Below are positions 20,740-28,859 of a stretch of DNA of 64,000 nucleotides, in pieces. Positions within the stretch are counted from its first letter, which is position 1; each line of letters begins with the position of its first letter. This DNA comes from an uncultured Clostridia bacterium (GTDB taxonomy: Bacteria; Bacillota; Clostridia; Oscillospirales; CAG-272). The stretch lies in NCBI GenBank assembly GCA_944381085.1, contig CALWJX010000007.1:2754-66753 (forward strand). Direction: 5' to 3'. The position numbers were made by a program, and so were the translations under genes. The notes below the pieces were generated by a model. That model ran no database searches, had not been told where the DNA came from, and saw only the letters and a list, made by a program, of their open reading frames with translations.

Positions 20740-21024
20740 CAAAAAACCTGTCCCAGTAAATTGCTGGGACAGGACAAATACAATCCTGCGGTGCCACCCG
20801 GCTTGACGCAAAAGCGCCCACTTACGCATACTCAAAATATGCAGACCTTTTTCTACGGAGAGTCCTGCTCCGTCTCACCTACTAAAACATAAGCAAAAAA
20901 GCAATACATTTATTCAGCTCGCCCTCGGAAGCCCATTCAGCCGCATGTTTTCCGCCGCAATCACACCGCCTGCGACTCTCTGTGGAAAAAGTGATGAAGC
21001 TTACTTGCTCTTCCTCATCGGTTT
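20740..21024 (-). ncRNA. Trp-specific T-box riboswitch
   Basis: Stem I with AGAGA and GGTGTGA motifs, specifier GAA-TGG (UGG at 20935-20933), T-box GGTGGCACCGC at 20798-20788, terminator CCTGTCCCAG/CTGGGACAGG + U-run; promoter TTGACA-17-TATAAT at 21058-21030. Confidence 0.93.
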
Positions 21025-21181
21025 ATTGTATTATATCACTTTTTATCTCTTTTGTCAATAGAATTCAGCAAATTAAATTTATTTTTCAATAACGGTTTAA
21101 ATATTGACAACCCAATTCCAAAATGATATAATTAAAATACAGTCGGTTCTCCGAATTTCAAACTCTGAAAGGATAAAAATT

Positions 21182-22048
21182 ATGCTGTACTCGTCTCAAA
21201 CGGAAGTATCGGTTCATACCTTCGGTCTGTATGACGGAATAAAGGCAATGATAAACGCCGGGTTTCCCTGTATTGACCTTACAATGTTCTCGGACTACTC
21301 TTATATTTTTGAGCCCGATTGGAAAGAAACCGCAAAGAAATTAAAAAAGCTCGCAAAGGAAAACAATGTATTTTTCAATCAGGCGCACGCGCCGTTCGGC
21401 GGCGGATATGAGCACTATACAAGCGTTCTGATCCCTCAGTTCGGGCGTGTATTTGAGTTTGCCGGAATGCTCGGAATAAAAAACGTAGTGGTACACCCGC
21501 TTCAGAAAGGAGAATATTACGGGCATGAGAACGAACTCTTTGAGATGAATATGGAGTTTTATTCTTCTGTCGCCGCCGACGCAAAAAACGCGGGAGTAAA
21601 AATAGCCATTGAAAACATGTGGCAGACAACCCGTGTAAACCACCGCGTAATAGATGATGTCTGCGCCGACCCGCGGGAGCTTATAAAATATTACGACACT
21701 CTCAATGACCCGGATGCTTTCACGATATGCCTTGACATAGGACATGTCGCAATCTGCGGACGCGAACCGCAGGAAGCCATAAAAATGATCGGACACGAAC
21801 GCTTGGGAGCGTTGCATGTACACGACGTCGATTACATATCCGACCTGCATACCCTGCCCGGTCTCGGAAAAATCAATTGGGATGAAGTATGCCTGGCATT
21901 GGCGAAAATCGATTACCGCGGCGAATTAACGCTTGAAGCCGATAATTTTCTCAGAAATTTTGACGATTCGTTCAAGCCGACGGCGCTCAGATTCATGTCC
22001 GAACGCGCAAAAAGTCTCGCCTGCCGGATCGACAGCCTCAGAAAATAA
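21182..22048 (+). CDS. Sugar phosphate isomerase/epimerase (xylose isomerase-like TIM barrel)
   Basis: IAIENM, CLDIGH, LHVHD, DLHTLPGLGKINW, LTLE. Confidence 0.9.
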   Translation: MLYSSQTEVSVHTFGLYDGIKAMINAGFPCIDLTMFSDYSYIFEPDWKETAKKLKKLAKENNVFFNQAHAPFGGGYEHYTSVLIPQFGRVFEFAGMLGIKNVVVHPLQKGEYYGHENELFEMNMEFYSSVAADAKNAGVKIAIENMWQTTRVNHRVIDDVCADPRELIKYYDTLNDPDAFTICLDIGHVAICGREPQEAIKMIGHERLGALHVHDVDYISDLHTLPGLGKINWDEVCLALAKIDYRGELTLEADNFLRNFDDSFKPTALRFMSERAKSLACRIDSLRK

Positions 22049-22276
22049 AAATTCAAATAAAAATCAGCGGGAAATTAAAAAAACATATTGAAAAAATCCT
22101 TACATTATGATATAATATACAGTGTCGCAGTTTTTACGGCGGCGCTCACCTTAAGATACTTAATTCAAAAAAATAAAAGCCGAAAAACTCCGTAAATCAT
22201 GTTATCTCAAATCAAAATTAAACTTTCCATATACACGGTTGATTTATACCGCGCACGGAGTTTTTCGTTTATATAA

Positions 22277-22353
22277 CTGCCCGTGGCACAGCTGGATAGC
22301 GCGTCAGACTCCGACTCTGAAGGCCAGCGGTTCGAATCCGCTCGGGCAGGCCA
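22277..22353 (+). tRNA. tRNA-Arg(CCG)
   Basis: Acceptor CTGCCCG/CGGGCAG, anticodon arm TCAGA-CTCCGAC-TCTGA, GGTTCGAATCC, encoded CCA. Confidence 0.96.
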
Positions 22354-22586
22354 ATAAAAAACGCAGGCAGATTTTAAGCCCGCGTTTTTTTATTAAGCTT
22401 ATCGATTCCTATCGGCATCATATCGATGTATGTAAAGTTCATACAAAAAACAGATACAAACAAAATGTGAAAACATATTGACATTTGCTCCATGGTATTG
22501 TATAATTATCATAATGTACAACATCATTGTAAAAAGTCAGAAATATATTGTGCATTACATTTAATATGTTTTTAGGAGAACAAGCA

Positions 22587-24167
22587 ATGAAAAAAATATC
22601 CTTATTGATTTCTGCGGTCCTGGTCTGCATTATGCTCGTTTTCACCTCATGCTCCGAGCAGTCCAAAGCCATGAATTATTTTAACGGTGATTTCAAAGAA
22701 TCCGCCGTCTACACAACCTCCCGTCAAATAACATCCGTAGCCGGAGAGCTTGTCGGATTTGAAAACGGAATAGCCGTGTTCAGAGATGTGAAGTCAAAAA
22801 CCGAAAAGTTTTATGTTTATGACATAAAAAACGATACCGTTTTGTTTGAATACACGAAAGAAGCAGACGACGACACGTACATAGAAGCTGAAACCGTAAA
22901 GAACAATGAAGATATTGCCGTCATCATAAGATATCGAAAAGCAAATTCCATCGGCGACGTCAAAAAAGCGGAGCTGTATCAAGGAAGCAATCTGATAGCA
23001 AGCTTTGAGGGTGACAAACAAATATATTACAATTCCGATGTTGTCGTTTTCGGCTCTGAGGCTTACAGATTTGATGATTCCGAGCTCAAAAAAGTCTTCG
23101 ATATCCCGGAATACAAAAAAATTCCGGAAAAACTGGATACTGTAAACGACAAATACCTGTATATATACAACGAGGACAATTCGGTAAGCGTGCTTGACAA
23201 GAGTTATAATCTGGTCACAAATTATTATCCTCCTCAGGCGGACTCCACCCTTGCTTTTGTGCTTGACAACGGCAATATATTCTGCAGGTCCGTGACGCTT
23301 TTGCCTGACGACACGTCCGACTATACGGTTTACGACTACGCCGAAAAGTTAGGCGTGCCGGGCGAAAGCGAAGGCAAGATAAAAGCTGATATAAGATATG
23401 AAATATATGACGTTTCAAGCGAAGAATCTTCCGAAGTAAAGCTTGATTATCTGATAAGCGCGGTATTGCCGAGGTTTTTGTATACTTCCTCCGACGAAAT
23501 CATTTTCAATGACAAAGCCGACAATATCGCCGTGGGTCAAAAAATCATAAACAATACCGTTTCAGACGATGAAGAAATTCTGGCGGTCAACGACAAACTC
23601 AAAATAAAGGCAGACCTTAATTCAATAATAAAAAATTCCTCCGCGACCCTGCTCACGGACAAAACCTGGATGCTTAAGGACAGCAATAATTATATACGGA
23701 TAATAAATGACAACGCCAAAATCATTGCTGAATTTTACGCTTCTTCGGATATTGCGGCCAACGAAAAATATATAATAACTTCATCCTGTATATACGATTT
23801 TGAAATGAACAAATTATTTGATTTCGGGGCGGAAGGATACACATACTGCGGTAAAACCTCCAAAACAGTGATACTTTCAAAGGGGTCGGATTTAAGTATT
23901 GAATATTTTGTTTACAACGGGTCAACTGTCGGGATATCAGACGAAAACCTCAGCAACGAGCTGGTAACAGTTTCGGACAGCTACTTTACTGTTCAGTCTA
24001 TAGGCGATAACGGACCGCAAAACCAATACTATAATGATTCCGGTGATGTTATCCAAACCACAAAAAGCGGTAATATTGCCGACAAAATATATGAATATGA
24101 AGACTGCGCACTGCTTGTTTCGACCGATGATAACGAAAACATAACGTATTACCGTTTCGGTCAATAA
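22587..24167 (+). CDS. Hypothetical lipoprotein (526 aa, acidic, beta-rich)
   Basis: MKKISLLISAVLVCIMLVFTSC signal with lipobox-like Cys; AGGAG SD. Confidence 0.8.
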   Translation: MKKISLLISAVLVCIMLVFTSCSEQSKAMNYFNGDFKESAVYTTSRQITSVAGELVGFENGIAVFRDVKSKTEKFYVYDIKNDTVLFEYTKEADDDTYIEAETVKNNEDIAVIIRYRKANSIGDVKKAELYQGSNLIASFEGDKQIYYNSDVVVFGSEAYRFDDSELKKVFDIPEYKKIPEKLDTVNDKYLYIYNEDNSVSVLDKSYNLVTNYYPPQADSTLAFVLDNGNIFCRSVTLLPDDTSDYTVYDYAEKLGVPGESEGKIKADIRYEIYDVSSEESSEVKLDYLISAVLPRFLYTSSDEIIFNDKADNIAVGQKIINNTVSDDEEILAVNDKLKIKADLNSIIKNSSATLLTDKTWMLKDSNNYIRIINDNAKIIAEFYASSDIAANEKYIITSSCIYDFEMNKLFDFGAEGYTYCGKTSKTVILSKGSDLSIEYFVYNGSTVGISDENLSNELVTVSDSYFTVQSIGDNGPQNQYYNDSGDVIQTTKSGNIADKIYEYEDCALLVSTDDNENITYYRFGQ

Positions 24168-24294
24168 TAAATATCGGCATTAAGATTTTCGGAAAGAAGT
24201 CATGTTAAAATACGTGTTCAACCGCTTTAAAGTTATTTATTCAAATTATTTCTGTCTGAGCCGCCCGCCGGCGGCATGAGGTATTAATATTGAT

Positions 24295-24909
24295 ATGAAA
24301 AAATCAACATTTATCTACATTTGTTTTTTCGCGTCCTCACTGTCAGTCCTGCTCATTTCCATAGTTTTTCTGCGCCGGTATCTTATTCTCCATATAGCTT
24401 CCCTTGTCCCGGCGATAGTCTGGATTGACGCTCTGTATTTGGGAATCGCCGAACAACTGAATCTGCCCATCTACAGACATCGCCATTATCACGGAATAGA
24501 ACACCATATCAAATACAAAAAGGGATACGGTGCAGTATTTGTCTCAAGTGAGGATGAAGACGCTGAAGAGAAAAATATAACCAAAGAAAATTTAGTCGAA
24601 ACTGTAAAAGAATATTACAAAGCCGAAAACGCAAGACACGGCTGGAACAGTGATGTTGAAGACGACATCTTATCCTCCGTAATAATGTACGCGTCAAGTC
24701 TGATACTGTTACTTCCGATTCTGTTTTTCGGCGCGGTCGTGAAGTTGGTCATCACGGTTGTCTTCATGGTTGTAATGCTCTTCTCGATATCCGTCATTGG
24801 GAGCTATAGAATACGCAAGGAAGAAAAAGAACAGGAGGCTCTCAGAAAAATGGAGCGAAAAAAGCAGGAAGAAAATGAACAATCGGGCAATTGGAAATTA
24901 AAACTTTAA
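24295..24909 (+). CDS. Hypothetical 4-TM membrane protein (paralog 1)
   Basis: 2 TM - soluble loop - 2 TM - charged tail ending EQSGNWKLKL. Confidence 0.75.
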   Translation: MKKSTFIYICFFASSLSVLLISIVFLRRYLILHIASLVPAIVWIDALYLGIAEQLNLPIYRHRHYHGIEHHIKYKKGYGAVFVSSEDEDAEEKNITKENLVETVKEYYKAENARHGWNSDVEDDILSSVIMYASSLILLLPILFFGAVVKLVITVVFMVVMLFSISVIGSYRIRKEEKEQEALRKMERKKQEENEQSGNWKLKL

Positions 24910-24964
24910 CAGTCAAAAGTTAATACAGTGCCTACTGTGGATACTCTGTCAAAGTCAAAGAATC

Positions 24965-25054
24965 ATGCAAAAACACTATGCCGAATATGTAAAAAAATCA
25001 AACGCCGAGCTTGAAGCGCAAAAAAAGCGCGAAGAACTCGGAAAGTGGAAATAG
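24965..25054 (+). pseudogene. 3-prime remnant of a third paralog of the 4-TM family
   Basis: Translates MQKHYAEYVKKSNAELEAQKKREELGKWK*, matching the C-terminus of 25097..25691. Confidence 0.75.
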
Positions 25055-25096
25055 AAAACCGGCAAATATACTCCGAAAAATCAATCATTACCGACT

Positions 25097-25691
25097 TATT
25101 CCGATGGTGGTATCAATGAATTTCAGAACGAAAATCTTTATTTATTACACAGGCAGTATACTGACGATATGCCTTGCCGCGATAGTTTTGCGAAAATATT
25201 TGTATATTGATTACTATTCCCTTTGCCCCGCCCTTTTTATGTTGGCATTGCCTTTACAGATAATAGACGAAAAATACGACCTGCAAAGACGTTTCAGAAA
25301 AATTTTGCCGGGATATGCGCTGAAATACCGCAAAGATGACGGATTGTATGTGGATGAAGAAACCGTGAAGCAATACGCCGAAAATGTTTATTCCTCGGGA
25401 AACCGTATACCTCAGAATATAAGGAAGATCTTGAAAAAACGGCATAAAGAACTGATTTCATACAGTACGAAAATTTTTCTTATCTTTACCCCCTGGCTTA
25501 CGGTTTTCATACTGTTTTTTCCGGGCTATGTCAAAATCGCTATGTCGGTGATTGTAATAATTACAGCAGCCGCAATATGCGAAACTCACGACAGAAAAAT
25601 AATAAAAAAAGATTATGACGAATATTTAAATAAGCTTAATTCGGAGCTTGAAGAACAGAAAAAGCGCGAAGAACTCGGCAGATGGAAATAG
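25097..25691 (+). CDS. Hypothetical 4-TM membrane protein (paralog 2); start uncertain (25103 or 25116 region)
   Basis: Same topology as 24295..24909; ends EEQKKREELGRWK. Confidence 0.7.
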
Positions 25692-25795
25692 CATCTGTTA
25701 ACAATTTGTAAATTCAAACAAAATAAAAAAAACATGTTGACAAAACATGTTTTTTTTGGTATACTATAAAGGTCACGAAAAATAAATCAAGTAAT

Positions 25796-25871
25796 TGCGG
25801 CATCGCCAAGCGGTAAGGCAACGGACTCTGACTCCGTCATTACCTAGGTTCGAATCCTAGTGCCGCAGCCA
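25796..25871 (+). tRNA. tRNA-Gln(CTG)
   Basis: TGCGGCA/TGCCGCA acceptor, GCCAAGCGGTAAGGC D-arm, ACGGA-CTCTGAC-TCCGT, encoded CCA. Confidence 0.96.
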
Positions 25872-25872
25872 G

Positions 25873-25908
25873 AAAAAAGACCAACTCGCAAGCGAGTTGG
25901 TCTTTTTT
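25873..25908. terminator. Bidirectional intrinsic terminator after tRNA-Gln
   Basis: AAAAAAGACCAACTCGC-AA-GCGAGTTGGTCTTTTTT perfect inverted repeat. Confidence 0.9.
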
Positions 25909-25912
25909 CAAC

Positions 25913-26095
25913 GATGTGTTCCGCTTGCGCGGAACGAGATGTGCCCTTCTGGCGTGATATATGCTTCGCAAGTGATGTGCGCTTCGCGCGTGAGGATGCG
26001 GAACACATCTCATCACTTTGCGCCTTGGCGCAATACATCACTATGTGCGAAGCGAATAACATCACATCGGCGAAGCCAATACATCACTAATCACT
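25913..26095. repeat. Composite palindromic repeat (GTGAT/CATCAC units separated by small GC hairpins)
   Basis: 12-bp inverted repeat 25913-25924/25998-26009; CATCAC at 26011, 26036, 26060, 26082; GTGAT at 25954, 25972. Confidence 0.8.
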
Positions 26096-26210
26096 ACAAG
26101 CGATCCCGCCCTCCGCGCAAACGGAGCTTTTGCCGTTTGCTTGAATTGTTGATTCGTAGTTGACTTTCAAACGGAGATATGCTATAATAAACGTAGAAAG
26201 GCGGAGGGAT

Positions 26211-26864
26211 ATGAAAAAAATATTTTTGATTTTATTATCTGTTTTTCTTGTGATAGGATGTTGTTCTTGTGCCAAAGAACGAACCGATGTTTCTGACTAT
26301 CAATATATGTATGACGGCATCGTTAAAGATTGGAACAAGAAAGCTACTCCGGGATATGAGCGTGAGTCTTTATTGGGATTTGGTGAATATCTCTACAACT
26401 CTCAACTTCTTCTCTTTCCAAGGGAAACTCCGTCAACTCTTCAAGAATATTATTTTCATTGGACTCCTTTAATAGATGTTGACGGTTATGCTATATATTT
26501 CACTTGCAAATTAAATGAGAGTAATTATGCGTATTTTTCGGATGGATTAAAGAACTTTAAGTTGCAAAACGGAGAAAAAGAAATATCTCCGCTGTATGAT
26601 GAAACTCATTTTGAGTTTCCCTCCTATATCCTCCAATGGACCGAAGTGGGTGAAAAATGGGAAGTATTAGAGTATATAATGCTTGACCGCGAAAACAATA
26701 CTGCTGTTTTCGTATATACGATGAGCGAACTTGAGTATATTGAAAACAACTCGTCATATAAAGTTACTCCGACTGAATTATATTTTCTCGATGAAAACTT
26801 TTCGATATATGAGGATTTTGAAAATTGCATCTATGATATCTCATTTTTAGAATATTTGGAATAA
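26211..26864 (+). CDS. Hypothetical lipoprotein (AT-rich gene)
   Basis: MKKIFLILLSVFLVIGCCSC signal; GGAGG SD; promoter TTGACT-17-TATAAT upstream. Confidence 0.8.
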   Translation: MKKIFLILLSVFLVIGCCSCAKERTDVSDYQYMYDGIVKDWNKKATPGYERESLLGFGEYLYNSQLLLFPRETPSTLQEYYFHWTPLIDVDGYAIYFTCKLNESNYAYFSDGLKNFKLQNGEKEISPLYDETHFEFPSYILQWTEVGEKWEVLEYIMLDRENNTAVFVYTMSELEYIENNSSYKVTPTELYFLDENFSIYEDFENCIYDISFLEYLE

Positions 26865-26919
26865 GCATCTTTTTTGTCAAATGCCATCGATATAAACACA
26901 GAAAGGCGGTAAAATATAT

Positions 26920-27666
26920 ATGAAAATAGTTTTCTTCAAAAATGAATTAAACTTTACCCCTCGGCTATCATACACTTGGGAAAATGCGGAACAAGTTATT
27001 TTAAACTCTAAATTGCAAAACTTGAAGAAGCTGTCTATATTGTTGCTTTTAATTCCTCTCATTGCATTTTTATTTGTCAATCTTAAAGACCTATCGAACA
27101 ATTTGCTATTACTTTTTACAATATTGCTTCTTTGTCTACCGATACACGAATTATGCCACGCGCTTTTTTGTTGGTTGTCGAGAAGAAAGGTTGAGAGAAT
27201 ATGCTTCTTTCCATACAAACAGATATTTTTTAAAGCAAATGCATACGTAAAGCCCGCTTTTGGTGTATGGAATAAGTACCAAGCAATTTTATTCGCTGCA
27301 TTTCCTGTCATTATATTATCCTTTATTCCTGCAATATTGGCTATTTTCATTGCTCCATTGAGACTTTGGTTATTATATCTTTCATTATTTAATTTTGCAG
27401 CTTCGTACTCGGATATTATTGATATAATTTGCCTTTTTAAATTACCGCCAAATACTCTTTATTTTGTGGATATTATACTCACAGTTAAAGAAACGGACAA
27501 ACCCGTAATAATACATCAATTATCGGTAACACCAAAACTTGACGAGATACATCATAAATGCTTTGAATATTTCAATGGCATATTGACTGAAAAAGAACAC
27601 TCTACCGATACAGTTGAGATAATGAATTTAAAGCAGGAATTTATAAAGCAATTTAATCTCAAATAA
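26920..27666 (+). CDS. Putative membrane zincin metallopeptidase (DUF3267-like)
   Basis: IHELCHA (HExxH) after a TM helix, AAFP..ILS, N..ASYSD. Confidence 0.7.
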   Translation: MKIVFFKNELNFTPRLSYTWENAEQVILNSKLQNLKKLSILLLLIPLIAFLFVNLKDLSNNLLLLFTILLLCLPIHELCHALFCWLSRRKVERICFFPYKQIFFKANAYVKPAFGVWNKYQAILFAAFPVIILSFIPAILAIFIAPLRLWLLYLSLFNFAASYSDIIDIICLFKLPPNTLYFVDIILTVKETDKPVIIHQLSVTPKLDEIHHKCFEYFNGILTEKEHSTDTVEIMNLKQEFIKQFNLK

Positions 27667-28186
27667 GTTTGTCATCTATTTTCGGTCAGATTGAAAATCT
27701 GAAAAATACGGCAAAATCGTTTTTAGTAGTGTAAAAAAACTTTGAAAAATTCCCCATTGCAATAGCAGTGGGGGTTATTTTTTGTCACCTTTATTCATTT
27801 TGGAAAGCCTAAACAATATTAACATATTACTCTCCTCTTCCCATTCCGGTGCTTTTTAATTTGCCTGATTGTAAAAAATCTACTATTTCATAGATATAAT
27901 TTTGCTTTTTAAACAAAATAAAAATTTTCACGCCGATATTTTTTATTTTATATTGACAAATATCCGATTTCATGATAAAATTGGAACATGCACAAAAGGT
28001 GATTTGTCTTTGCTTAAACTTTTTACTGAAAGATTTTTCAGAATAATCAAATTAACTAAAGGCATATTGACTGACAGTCCATATTTCAACGGCGGACTTT
28101 GACAACAGGCGTGTTCGCAATATTTCACCCATAATTACTCCGCGAAAAAGCGGGAAGAATAAATATTAATTCAAGGAGATTAAGAA

Positions 28187-28641
28187 ATGTTGAATAACCT
28201 TACATTAAAAAAAGATATCCGCACTTTTTCGGTCAGCCCCGAAAATCCGACCGGCAAAAAGGGCGAAGGAGGAAAAGCGACTCTTGAGACCGGAAGCGCG
28301 GCAAACGCCGCCCGAGAACTCGGTCAAGGCTGGAAAGTGAACCCATACATATAGTGGACGGGGGCAAGACGGCAGTGCTTGCCGACGTCAGCGGAGAGGG
28401 CGCGATAAAGCATTTTTGGATAACCGACAGCGCAAATTACGGAAGACAGTTGATATTGCGCATTTACTTCGACGGGCAACAAAATCCCTCCGTTCTCTCT
28501 CCCCTGTCCGACTTTTTTGCCAATGCGGATTATAATGAATACCGACAGATCAACAGTCTTGCGGTATGCTATAATCCCCGCAAAGGTATGAATTTATATT
28601 TTGAAATGCCCTACTTCAGAAATTTCCGCGTTGAAATCGAA
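28187..28641 (+). pseudogene. GH172 / DUF2961 glycoside hydrolase, frameshifted and 3-prime truncated
   Basis: SVSPENPTGKKGEGG...ARELGQGWKVNPYI* then shifted frame VLADVSGEGAIKHFWIT...LRIYFDG..PSV..PLSDFF...NLYFEMPY; similarity ends after FRVEIE. Confidence 0.85.
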
Positions 28642-28859
28642 ATTGATTTAAAAGAAGTTATCCAATATTTTTTGTTTTTATATTCTGCACGTAGAATGAA
28701 CGACATACTCCCCCACCGTAACAGGTGGGGCTCAAGTGAAATTATGCTACGCGTCATCGGATAATATTCAGGCAAGCAAATTATTGATAGATTAAATATG
28801 CTTAGTTTAAAATCTAAACAGTCCTTTCACATATAAATATTAAGTGCGGAGTTATTATT

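Noticed and set aside
22277-22353. Possible CGG codon reassignment via tRNA(CCG), as reported in some low-GC Bacillota
   Set aside because: The tRNA keeps Arg identity elements (A20, G73) and the genome is not extremely AT-rich; no supporting evidence seen.
25844-26163. Short ORFs over the repeat block, and a CRISPR interpretation of it
   Set aside because: The ORFs overlap the tRNA/terminator and lack SD sites; repeat units are about 6 bp with 16-19 nt self-similar spacers, and there are no cas genes.
28352-28356. TAG read-through or recoding in the GH172 gene
   Set aside because: The continuation is in a different frame and the gene is also truncated, so decay is the simpler explanation.
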